Shown one piece after another: positions 48,021 through 56,595 of a stretch of DNA of 64,000 nucleotides. Each line of letters opens with the position of its first letter. Position 1 is the stretch's first letter. Origin of the DNA: an uncultured Candidatus Saccharibacteria bacterium (GTDB taxonomy: Bacteria; Patescibacteriota; Doudnabacteria; UBA920); NCBI GenBank assembly GCA_964505635.1, contig CAZDIP010000004.1, positions 7,198 to 71,197 on the forward strand. Reading direction: 5' to 3'. A program made the position numbers and the translations under genes. The notes under the pieces were generated by a model that worked only from the letters and a program-made list of their open reading frames with translations, made no database searches and was not told where the DNA came from.

Positions 48021-48082
48021 AGTACCCCTTTGGGCGGAAGTTATTATTACGTAAATTTTAAACTTTCAATTTTTATTAAGAT

Positions 48083-48499
48083 ATGTTCATTCCTAAAAAA
48101 TTAAAACACCGCAAACATCACCGCGGTCATACTTACGGCCAGGCTACCGCTGGCAACAGCATCGATTTTGGAACCTTTGCTTTAAAGGCAACAGAGAGTT
48201 CTTGGGTCACGGCCAGGCAGATTGAAGCAGCCAGACGAGCCATGACAAGGTATGTCCAGCGCGGGGGAAAAATCTGGATTCGGGTATTTGCCGACAAACC
48301 GGTAACCCTGCACGGCAACGAAAGCCCGATGGGTGGCGGTAAAGGCGCAGTAGATCATTTTGTTTCGGTTGTAAAAAAAGGCAAAATTTTGTTTGAAATG
48401 GACGGAGTGACCAAAGAGCAGGCACAGGAGGCTATGAGGTTGGCATCTTATAAATTACCCGTTAAGACCAAATTTTTAGTTAAAGAAAAACAAGGTTAA
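48083..48499 (+). CDS. rplP: 50S ribosomal protein uL16
   Basis: RQIEAAR, GKIWIR.F.D, MGGGKG. Confidence 0.97.
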   Translation: MFIPKKLKHRKHHRGHTYGQATAGNSIDFGTFALKATESSWVTARQIEAARRAMTRYVQRGGKIWIRVFADKPVTLHGNESPMGGGKGAVDHFVSVVKKGKILFEMDGVTKEQAQEAMRLASYKLPVKTKFLVKEKQG

Positions 48500-48504
48500 C
48501 ACTT

Positions 48505-48702
48505 ATGAAGTTTAAAGAATTATCAACCAAATCAGATACCGAATTACAGCAATTGCTTAAGGATTTAAAAGCCGAAGTTCATGAATTTTCGGTAAAACTC
48601 AGATTAAGGCAGATAAAAAATCCCAAAGCCTTGTCAGGCAAGAAAAAAGACATTGCCAGGGTGCTTACTTATTTAACACAGAAATTATCAGCCAAGCAAT
48701 AA
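48505..48702 (+). CDS. rpmC: 50S ribosomal protein uL29
   Basis: KKDIARVLT and operon position. Confidence 0.93.
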   Translation: MKFKELSTKSDTELQQLLKDLKAEVHEFSVKLRLRQIKNPKALSGKKKDIARVLTYLTQKLSAKQ

Positions 48703-48707
48703 TACAT

Positions 48708-48971
48708 ATGATATTAGAAACATCCTCCGCCCTAGGCGGAAAAAAGCAACAATTTATAGGCACGGTGGTTTCCGACAAAATGGCTAAAACCGTTGTGGTA
48801 AAAATAGATGTAAAAAAAAGACATCCTAAGTATCATAAGGCTTATACTGTTTCCAGGAAATTCAAGGCTCATACAGAAAGTTCTGACTATAAAGTTGGCG
48901 ACAGGGTTGTAATTGAGTCCATTAGGCCCATAAGCAAGGAAAAGAAATTTAAAGTAATAGGTAAAGCATAA
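48708..48971 (+). CDS. rpsQ: 30S ribosomal protein uS17
   Basis: G.VVSDKM.KTVVV, HP.Y.K, RPISK.K. Confidence 0.96.
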   Translation: MILETSSALGGKKQQFIGTVVSDKMAKTVVVKIDVKKRHPKYHKAYTVSRKFKAHTESSDYKVGDRVVIESIRPISKEKKFKVIGKA

Positions 48972-49023
48972 AAGTAGTATGTTGTAAGTTACTTACAACT
49001 CTACAACTCTACAACTTACATTT

Positions 49024-49416
49024 ATGTTACAAGTAAGATCATGGATTAAAATAGCAGATAACACCGGCGCGAAAATCGTTAATGTTTTTAGCGTGAACGG
49101 TAAAAACAGCAATCGTTTTGCCAGAATCGGTGACATTGTGGCAGGCAGCGTTAAGCAGGTTGCGCCAAATTCAACTTTGAAAAAAGGAGACAAGGTTTAT
49201 GCCGTGATTGTTCGTTTACGCAAAGAAATTCGCCGCAAAGACGGGAGTTATATTAGGTTTGATGAGAATGCTGGCGTGTTGGTAAATAAAGAAACCGGCG
49301 AACCAAGAGGTACCCGCATTTTCGGCCCTATCCCAAGAGAAATTCGCGAAAAAGCCCTGGGTGAATACGAAGATGGTTTTAAAAAAATAGTTTCACTGGC
49401 TCCCGAGGTTATATAA
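49024..49416 (+). CDS. rplN: 50S ribosomal protein uL14
   Basis: [31 protein letters not shown]. Confidence 0.97.
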   Translation: MLQVRSWIKIADNTGAKIVNVFSVNGKNSNRFARIGDIVAGSVKQVAPNSTLKKGDKVYAVIVRLRKEIRRKDGSYIRFDENAGVLVNKETGEPRGTRIFGPIPREIREKALGEYEDGFKKIVSLAPEVI

Positions 49417-49499
49417 CTGAGTGAAAAGTAAAATACGCAAAGTAACACTGCTTTGCACTTTACACTCTCAACTTTACACTCTCAACTTTACACTTACTT

Positions 49500-49817
49500 A
49501 TGAACAAATTACGAATAAAAAAAGGCGATACAGTAAAAATTATTTCCGGCAAAGACAAAGGCAAGACCGGGAAGGTACTTTCCGTGTATCCTAAATTAAA
49601 CAAGGTTGTGGTTGAGAACGCAGCATTACATACCCGTTTTGAAAAAAGCAAGCAGGCCGGTCAGCCGGGAAAGAAAATAACTTTTTCCGCGCCTATTAAT
49701 GTCTCTAAGGTTATGCTGGTGGACAATAATTCTGGAAACACGTCGCGCGTCGGATATAAGTTCCTAGAAGACGGCAGCAAGCAAAGAGTGGCAAAAGCAA
49801 GCGGGAAGGCAGTATAA
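49500..49817 (+). CDS. rplX: 50S ribosomal protein uL24
   Basis: IKKGDTV.II.GKDKGK.G. Confidence 0.96.
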   Translation: MNKLRIKKGDTVKIISGKDKGKTGKVLSVYPKLNKVVVENAALHTRFEKSKQAGQPGKKITFSAPINVSKVMLVDNNSGNTSRVGYKFLEDGSKQRVAKASGKAV

Positions 49818-49868
49818 TATTTAAGTTTAAATTATTTTAAATATAAAGGTATAAGTTATAAATTTACC

Positions 49869-50408
49869 ATGGAAAGATTGCAAGAACAATATAATAAACA
49901 GATTGTGCAGGCTTTGCAAAAAAAGTTTGCTTTTAAGAATGTAATGCAGGTTCCCAAAGTTACAAAAATTGTCGTAAGCACCGGAGTGGGTAAATTTAAG
50001 GATGATAAAAAGAAGATAGATGCCATTTTTGAAGACATGAAAAAAATTACCGGACAGGCTCCGGTTAAAACCAAGGCTCGCAAGTCAATCTCAGGTTTTA
50101 AAGTAAGAGAGAACCAGGTGGTAGGTCTTATGTGTACTTTGCGGGGTTTTAGAATGTATAGTTTTTTAGACAAATTAATAAATATTGCTTTGCCGAGAGT
50201 CCGGGATTTTCAAGGGGTTAATAAAGAAGGTTTTGATGGCAGGGGCAATTACCATCTGGGCTTGAAAGAACATTTAGTGTTTCCGGAAATTTCCAGCGAA
50301 TCTTTAGAAAACGTTTTTGGCTTGGAGGTGTCCATAGTTACTAACGCAAAAAAAGACCAGTATGCCAAAGAACTTTTAACTTTAATGAATTTTCCTTTTA
50401 AAAAATAA
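49869..50408 (+). CDS. rplE: 50S ribosomal protein uL5
   Basis: ITGQ.P..TKARKSI..FK.R, LPRVRDF.G, FPEI. Confidence 0.97.
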   Translation: MERLQEQYNKQIVQALQKKFAFKNVMQVPKVTKIVVSTGVGKFKDDKKKIDAIFEDMKKITGQAPVKTKARKSISGFKVRENQVVGLMCTLRGFRMYSFLDKLINIALPRVRDFQGVNKEGFDGRGNYHLGLKEHLVFPEISSESLENVFGLEVSIVTNAKKDQYAKELLTLMNFPFKK

Positions 50409-50439
50409 TTTAACTATCAAATAGTATTTAAGTAAAGAT

Positions 50440-50634
50440 ATGGCCACACAAGCACACATTGCGAAAGCTAAGCGCAGCAGAAAAAAACCCAAATTCCCGA
50501 CACGGGTGATTAGGCGTTGCTGGAAATGCGGAAGAAAAGCCGGTTATATGAGAGACTTTGATATGTGCAGGATTTGTTTTAGAGAGCTGGCCAGCAAAGG
50601 AGAAATTCCCGGGATTGTTAAGGCCTCCTGGTAG
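50440..50634 (+). CDS. rpsZ: 30S ribosomal protein uS14, zinc-binding type Z
   Basis: RCWKCGR..CRICFRE.A..GEIPG..KASW. Confidence 0.96.
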   Translation: MATQAHIAKAKRSRKKPKFPTRVIRRCWKCGRKAGYMRDFDMCRICFRELASKGEIPGIVKASW

Positions 50635-50694
50635 CGAATTTATAAGATTAATTTATAAAAATAACAGACATTAGTTATTAATTATCAGTCAATT

Positions 50695-51087
50695 ATGTTT
50701 ACCGATCCAATCGCAGACATGCTAACAAGAATACGAAATGCAGCGCAGGCTCATAAAACGGAGCTGGTTTTACCGTATTCAAAATTTAAAGCAAGCTTGG
50801 CTGCCGTGTTGGCCAAAGAGGGCTTCATTTCAGGATTTAGTGAGGTTGAAGAGCAGCACAAAGCTTTGCAGATTAACTTGAAATACGACCAAAGTGGAGC
50901 ATCGGTTATCGCTGGAATTAAAAGAGTCAGCAAGCCCGGACAGAGAATTTATTTGCCAGCAGCAAAAATTCCCAGAACCAACAGCGGTTTCGGTATCACA
51001 GTAGTTTCTACTCCTTTGGGCTTAATGACTGACAGGCAGGCAAGGAAGGTTAAGGTCGGGGGCGAAATTATTTGCCAGGTATGGTAA
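50695..51087 (+). CDS. rpsH: 30S ribosomal protein uS8
   Basis: DPIADMLTRIRNA, SKPG.R.Y, GGE. Confidence 0.97.
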   Translation: MFTDPIADMLTRIRNAAQAHKTELVLPYSKFKASLAAVLAKEGFISGFSEVEEQHKALQINLKYDQSGASVIAGIKRVSKPGQRIYLPAAKIPRTNSGFGITVVSTPLGLMTDRQARKVKVGGEIICQVW

Positions 51088-51159
51088 AATACGGGATTGG
51101 CATGAGTGACAAGAATATTTTTAAAACATGTCAATCATAAAATTATTTAAATTTTATTT

Positions 51160-51714
51160 ATGTCTAGAGTTGGAAAAAAACCCATAGTTCTACCCTCAGG
51201 GGTAAAAGTTGACCTTAAAGGCTTGAATTTGTCCGTTGTTGGCCCCAAAGGTACTTTAAGCATCGAAATTCATCCGAAGGTTTCTGTAACCCTGTCTGAA
51301 AAAGAGGTTTTAGTAGATGTTGACAATAAGAGCGATAAGCGTCAAAAAGCTTTGTGGGGTCTTTTCCGTTCCTTAATCCAAAACATGGTGGATGGGGTGG
51401 CCAAGGGTTTTGAAAAAAAATTGGAAGTTATCGGGGTGGGTTTTAAAGTCGCAATGCAGGGTCAAAAATTGATTATGTCGCTTGGTTTTTCGCATCCTGT
51501 GGAAGTTGAAATCCCTAAGGAATTGCAAGTCGCGGTTGATAAAAATACCATTACAGTGACCGGGGTTGACAAGCAAAAAGTCGGCCAGTTCGCAGCTGAG
51601 ATTAGAGAACTTAAAAAGCCGGAACCTTATAAAGGCAAGGGCATAAAGTACGCAGATGAAGTGATATTAAGGAAAGCCGGTAAAGTGGTGAAGGTGGTCG
51701 GAGGAGGAAAATAG
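51160..51714 (+). CDS. rplF: 50S ribosomal protein uL6
   Basis: MSRVGKKPI, LGFSHPV, PEPYKGKGI. Confidence 0.97.
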   Translation: MSRVGKKPIVLPSGVKVDLKGLNLSVVGPKGTLSIEIHPKVSVTLSEKEVLVDVDNKSDKRQKALWGLFRSLIQNMVDGVAKGFEKKLEVIGVGFKVAMQGQKLIMSLGFSHPVEVEIPKELQVAVDKNTITVTGVDKQKVGQFAAEIRELKKPEPYKGKGIKYADEVILRKAGKVVKVVGGGK

Positions 51715-51793
51715 TAGCCGCACGAACTACAAAAATTACAAACCACACTAATCGTATTTGTAAAATTTGTAAGATCAGTAATTAGTGAACAAT

Positions 51794-52147
51794 ATGGACA
51801 AGAATAAACACAAGAGAATAAAGCGGAATTTACGCCATAGCCGTGTGAGAAGCAAAGTCGCTGGCAGTTTAGAGAGGCCTAGATTGGTTGTTTTTCGCGC
51901 CAATGCCAACATTTATGCCCAATTGATTAACGATTCTTTAGGCAAGACTTTGGTTTCTGCTTCCAGCATGGAAGTTAAATCTAAAGCGAACAAAACTAAC
52001 GTTGCCGCTGAAGTGGGAAAAATTCTGGCCAAGAAAGCTTTGGATAATAAAATTTCAGAAGTGGTTTTTGACAGAGCCGGCTATAGATATCACGGCAGAG
52101 TCAAGGCCTTGGCCGAAGGCGCCAGAGAGGCTGGACTTAAATTTTAA
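51794..52147 (+). CDS. rplR: 50S ribosomal protein uL18
   Basis: [29 protein letters not shown]. Confidence 0.96.
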   Translation: MDKNKHKRIKRNLRHSRVRSKVAGSLERPRLVVFRANANIYAQLINDSLGKTLVSASSMEVKSKANKTNVAAEVGKILAKKALDNKISEVVFDRAGYRYHGRVKALAEGAREAGLKF

Positions 52148-52198
52148 TTAACGAATTTTATAGGACTTACGGATCCTATAGGATATATACTATTTAAT

Positions 52199-52702
52199 AT
52201 GGCATTTGAAAAAAGACGAAAAAATAATAATGAAGAACAGCGGGAGCGCAGTGAATTTGACCAGAAAGTGGTGGAAGTAAAACGTGTAACCCGTGTTGTG
52301 GCCGGAGGAAAGCGCATGCGCTTTAGGGCTCTGGTGGTTATTGGCGACCATAAGGGACGGGTAGGCATGGGTTTGAGAAAAGGCGCTGACGTCTCTGAAA
52401 GTGTAAACAAAGCCGTAAATCAGGCTAAAAAGAATATGATTAAGCTGCCTTTGGTGAACGAAACCATTCCCCATGAAATGAATGTAAAGTACAAATCTTC
52501 TTCTTTAATGTTAAAGCCCGCCAGACCCGGTACCGGAGTTATTGCCGGCGGGGCTGTCCGGAGCGTAATGGATTTGGCCGGCGTTAAGAATGTGGTTTGT
52601 AAAATGCTTGGCAGTAACAACAAGGTTAATAACGTGAAAGCGGTTTTTGAAGCCTTTGGAAGGATGAAAAGCAAAGAAGAATTGGCACAAATACGTAAAT
52701 AA
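52199..52702 (+). CDS. rpsE: 30S ribosomal protein uS5
   Basis: RVTRVVAGG, GTGVIAGG. Confidence 0.97.
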   Translation: MAFEKRRKNNNEEQRERSEFDQKVVEVKRVTRVVAGGKRMRFRALVVIGDHKGRVGMGLRKGADVSESVNKAVNQAKKNMIKLPLVNETIPHEMNVKYKSSSLMLKPARPGTGVIAGGAVRSVMDLAGVKNVVCKMLGSNNKVNNVKAVFEAFGRMKSKEELAQIRK

Positions 52703-52798
52703 TATCGCACAAATTACTAATCATACAGAATAATATTAACAAGTTTTGAATTTATATAGCTAGAATTAGTAAAATTTGTAATTAGTACACAAATAATT

Positions 52799-53233
52799 AT
52801 GTTAAAACTCCATCAGTTAAAAAAACATCCCAAATCCACCCACCGCAAAAAAGTTGTCGGCAGGGGTCTTGGCAGCGGGCATGGCACTTATTCCACCAGA
52901 GGTAATAAAGGCCAGACCAAACGAACCGGCCACAGCAAGATGCCGGTTAACTTTGAAGGAGGCAGGCAACCGATTGTCAGGCAGCTGCCCAAATTGCGGG
53001 GTTTTAAGTCTCTGAATACAAAAGCTTTTTCGCTTTCACTTTCTAGGTTGAATGTTTTTAACGATGGTGATACAGTTACTCTTAAGGAGCTAAAGGACAA
53101 GTCTTTAGTTGATGTGAATATTTTTAAAGTTAAAATTTTAGACGGCGAAATAAAAAAGAAATTGACAATCAAATTACCGGTGTCAGCCAAGGCAAAAAGC
53201 TCTGTGGAAAAAGCGGGTGGATTGGTTAAGTAG
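52799..53233 (+). CDS. rplO: 50S ribosomal protein uL15
   Basis: GRG.GSG.G..S.RG.KGQ, FEGG..P..R.LPK.RGF. Confidence 0.96.
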   Translation: MLKLHQLKKHPKSTHRKKVVGRGLGSGHGTYSTRGNKGQTKRTGHSKMPVNFEGGRQPIVRQLPKLRGFKSLNTKAFSLSLSRLNVFNDGDTVTLKELKDKSLVDVNIFKVKILDGEIKKKLTIKLPVSAKAKSSVEKAGGLVK

Positions 53234-53310
53234 TTTTCAAGTTCATAAAGTCATCAAGAAAAATACGGACTTTATAAGCTTTTAGAACTTTGAAACTTGA
53301 TAAACTTTAT

Positions 53311-54591
53311 ATGAATAAATTATCTCTTATTTGGAAAACCAAAGATTTGCGCAATAAAATTTTAATTGTGCTTGGTCTTTTGTTGTTAACCAGGGTACTG
53401 GCTCATGTGCCTATACCCGGCATAGATACGACAGGACTTAAAAGTTTTTTACAGCAAAGCCAGTTTTTTAATCTTTTAAATATTTTTTCCGGCGGAGGCT
53501 TGACTAATTTTTCCATTGCCATGTTGGGCGTAGGGCCTTATATCACGGCTTCCATTATTATGCAGCTTCTGACCATAATTGTTCCTTCCTTAGCTGAAAT
53601 GTCCAAGGAAGGGGGGGAAGCGGGGAGAACTTTAATTAATCAGTATACGAGATATTTAACCATTCCTTTAACTTTGCTGCAGGGTTTTGGCACCATTCGG
53701 CTTTTACAGTCCCAAGGCGGTAGCGCGATTTTAGGCCAGTTTACCCCATTTACCTGGTTTTTAGTTTTACTTTCAGTAACGGCCGGAACCATGCTAATTA
53801 TGTGGCTAGGGGAAATTATGTCTGAATTTGATGTTGGCAACGGCATCTCCCTTATAATTTTTGCCGGAATTGTGGCTCAATTGCCAGCTTCTGTTGGTTT
53901 TTTAAAGGATTGGTATGATCCAACCAAACTGCCGGTGGTCCTGGGTTTCTTGGCTGTTATTTTAATAGTTATAGCCGGCGTGGTAATGGTTACGGAAGCG
54001 CAAAGAAATATTCCCGTGGCCTATGCCAAAAGGGTCAGGGGCAATAAACTATTCGGCGGAGTCAATACTCATCTGCCTTTAAGGCTTAATCAGGCAGGAG
54101 TTATTCCCATTATTTTTGCGGTTTCTATAATGCTTTTTCCCGCCTTGATTGCCCAATTTTTTGTCAACGCGAAATCCCAACTATTGGCCACCTATGCCAA
54201 TAAAATTATTGCTTTGTTTAATTCACAGGGCTGGTTTTACGGCGTGACTTATTTTTTGCTCATAATGATTTTTACTTATTTTTATACCGCCGTGGTGTTT
54301 AACCCTACCGAAATTGCCGAGAATGTGCAAAAGAACGGCGGGTTTGTGCCGGGCCTGAGGCCAGGCGGCCAGACAGCGGATTTTTTGGCAAGCGTGCTTA
54401 ATCGCATAACTTTGGCCGGCGCTTTCTTTTTGGCAGTTATCGCGGTACTGCCTTTAATTGTGCAAAATTTTACCGGTACTCAGGCTTTAACCATCGGCGG
54501 CACCGGATTGTTAATCGCTGTTTCCGTGGTTATTGAGGTTATTAAGAAAGTGGAAGCCCAATTAACCATGCATGATTACGAAGGGTTTTAA
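53311..54591 (+). CDS. secY: Preprotein translocase SecY (start at ATG 53311)
   Basis: GVGPYITASII.QLL, GNGISLIIF, AGVIPIIFA, PG.RPG, GGTGLLI. Confidence 0.97.
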   Translation: MNKLSLIWKTKDLRNKILIVLGLLLLTRVLAHVPIPGIDTTGLKSFLQQSQFFNLLNIFSGGGLTNFSIAMLGVGPYITASIIMQLLTIIVPSLAEMSKEGGEAGRTLINQYTRYLTIPLTLLQGFGTIRLLQSQGGSAILGQFTPFTWFLVLLSVTAGTMLIMWLGEIMSEFDVGNGISLIIFAGIVAQLPASVGFLKDWYDPTKLPVVLGFLAVILIVIAGVVMVTEAQRNIPVAYAKRVRGNKLFGGVNTHLPLRLNQAGVIPIIFAVSIMLFPALIAQFFVNAKSQLLATYANKIIALFNSQGWFYGVTYFLLIMIFTYFYTAVVFNPTEIAENVQKNGGFVPGLRPGGQTADFLASVLNRITLAGAFFLAVIAVLPLIVQNFTGTQALTIGGTGLLIAVSVVIEVIKKVEAQLTMHDYEGF

Positions 54592-54662
54592 AATTGGATA
54601 GTTGTTCAAAGAATTGCTAAAATAAACCTATCCTAAAAGGATAGGTTTTAAATTTTTAGAAT

Positions 54663-55199
54663 ATGCTATTATCGGATACAACAATAAAAAAATACTTATC
54701 AGAGGGGCTAATTAAAATTTTACCTGCAGTTAAAACAGGGGATATAAAATCAATCGGGATTAGGATGCATTTAGGTAAAGATTTTCTAAAACCCGTTTTG
54801 AATAAACAAGTTAGCCTGGATTCAAAGGCGGAAGATTTATATGAAAGAATTACAGTTTTAGACGAAGATTATATTTTAAAGCCAAATGAATTTATATTGG
54901 GTACTACAGTTGAGCGTTTTATGGTACCAAGGAATTTGGTCGGTTATTTAGATGGGCGGAGCACACTAGCCAGATTAGGTTTGGGAATCCACATGACATC
55001 GCAGTTTGCCGACGGGAATTATGATAACGCTTCAGCCATAACCCTTGAAATAAAAAATAACGGAACATTTAATTTAGTTTTAAAACCAGGCATGCCTATT
55101 GGTATGTTAAGTTTTTTTGAATTGAGCGAGCCGGTAAGTAAGGAGGCTGAATTTTTATACAAAAATCAAACTTCTGTAAGGCCGCCTGAGTTTAATTAG
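54663..55199 (+). CDS. dcd: dCTP deaminase-like protein
   Basis: MLLSD..I, L.P.EFILG.T.E, GRSTLARLG, ITLE. Confidence 0.8.
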   Translation: MLLSDTTIKKYLSEGLIKILPAVKTGDIKSIGIRMHLGKDFLKPVLNKQVSLDSKAEDLYERITVLDEDYILKPNEFILGTTVERFMVPRNLVGYLDGRSTLARLGLGIHMTSQFADGNYDNASAITLEIKNNGTFNLVLKPGMPIGMLSFFELSEPVSKEAEFLYKNQTSVRPPEFN

Positions 55200-55202
55200 C
55201 TT

Positions 55203-55748
55203 ATGTACGAAGTTGAAACTAAAATTTTGGATGTAAGTAAAGACGAGATTGAACAAAGTTTAAATATTTTGGGGGCGAAAAAAATCCAGACTACGCGTTT
55301 ATGGGTTGACTGGTTTCGGTCTAAAGGTATTTTGGAAGGAGAAGATCCCTGGTATTTGAGGGTGCGCAAATATTCGGACGGCAAAGTTGAGGTAACCTGG
55401 AAAGGCAAGTCGGAAATTTTAGGAGCCGCACGAAAGCATAAAGAGATTAATTTTTTAATTTCAGATCCGCAGGCTGCAAAAAATTTGTTTTTGGAACTTA
55501 ACCTGGAAGCTTACGCGCATCAGGAAAAAGATAGGTTGTCCTGGGAATTTATGGAGTGGAGGTTTGATTTGGACCAGTATCCCAATATGCCGGCTTATTT
55601 GGAAATAGAAGGCAAAGACGAAGCGCATATTTTAGAAGCTATTAAGCTTTTAAAATTGGATAAGCACCGAACCAGCTCTTTGGGAGAAACAAGCGTAATT
55701 AGAAATATTTACGGCCTTGATTGGAATAATATGAAATTTAATGAATAA
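55203..55748 (+). CDS. CYTH-domain protein
   Basis: EVETK (ExExK), LRVR, KDR..W, LEIE. Confidence 0.85.
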   Translation: MYEVETKILDVSKDEIEQSLNILGAKKIQTTRLWVDWFRSKGILEGEDPWYLRVRKYSDGKVEVTWKGKSEILGAARKHKEINFLISDPQAAKNLFLELNLEAYAHQEKDRLSWEFMEWRFDLDQYPNMPAYLEIEGKDEAHILEAIKLLKLDKHRTSSLGETSVIRNIYGLDWNNMKFNE

Positions 55749-56106
55749 GGAAAATTTTGAAAATTTAATTAGTCAGGCTGTGTTGGCTTTGCCGGAAAAG
55801 ATTCGCAGGAAACTAAATAACGTGGAAATTATTATGGAGGAAGGCGAGTCGCCCAACAATTCTTTGTTTGGGCTGTATCACGGCGTTTCCCAATTAAGAA
55901 GAGGTTCAGCTTATGGTATAAATCCTACATTGCCCGATAAAATAACAATCTACAAAGGTACTATAGAAAAATATGCTCAAACTGAAACAGAGGTGGCGTC
56001 TTTGGTTAGAAGAGTGGTTTGGCATGAAATTGGGCATCATTTCGGCTTTGACGAAGAGGGTGTTAGGAAATTGGAAAGTAAGTGGGTAAGTGAGGGAAGG
56101 GTGTAA
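55741..56106 (+). CDS. Minimal zincin-like metallopeptidase
   Basis: LFGLY.G, PDKITIY, HEIGHHFG. Confidence 0.85.
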   Translation: MNKENFENLISQAVLALPEKIRRKLNNVEIIMEEGESPNNSLFGLYHGVSQLRRGSAYGINPTLPDKITIYKGTIEKYAQTETEVASLVRRVVWHEIGHHFGFDEEGVRKLESKWVSEGRV

Positions 56107-56110
56107 AATA

Positions 56111-56139
56111 TTGACAAAACAATAAAAATAGTGTATAAT
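56111..56139 (+). promoter_or_regulatory. Consensus sigma-70 promoter
   Basis: TTGACA-17 nt-TATAAT. Confidence 0.75.
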
Positions 56140-56179
56140 ATATATCATAAATTTTAGACTTGTGTGATATAATCAACTT

Positions 56180-56542
56180 ATGGAACAAAAACCAATAAAC
56201 CAAGAATCGCTTTCTAATTTAATCAAGGCAGTGGAAAAAGGAAGTCTCACTCCTGAACAGGAAAAAACTCTTGCTGGCATTGTGGAAACGGCCAGGTCAA
56301 CCGAAAAACTGACTAAGCCACATGAGGAAGCTCAGTTGACAGGCTCTAAAGAAGTTAATCCGTCTATAAATCGGACTTCAGATTCAGGGCCTGAATTTTC
56401 AGGGAATTTAGTAGAGGGAAATGGCGATAGTAATGAGGCGGGTATTACCCAGTTACTTGAAGCTTTGCAGGAAGCCCAGCTGTACCATCAAGATAAGTCG
56501 TCTACTTCCGCTGCGGAATTGGCTGATTCACTCAACCGTTGA
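56180..56542 (+). CDS. Hypothetical acidic protein
   Basis: 120-aa ORF behind a consensus promoter. Confidence 0.55.
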   Translation: MEQKPINQESLSNLIKAVEKGSLTPEQEKTLAGIVETARSTEKLTKPHEEAQLTGSKEVNPSINRTSDSGPEFSGNLVEGNGDSNEAGITQLLEALQEAQLYHQDKSSTSAAELADSLNR

Positions 56543-56595
56543 TTTAAACTAAGTATAATTAAAATAAAAATTGAGTAAAACAAAAAATATAACGC

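Noticed and set aside
37458-53310. CRISPR array or iterons
   Set aside because: Units are 7-9 nt and degenerate, with no unique spacers and no cas or rep genes
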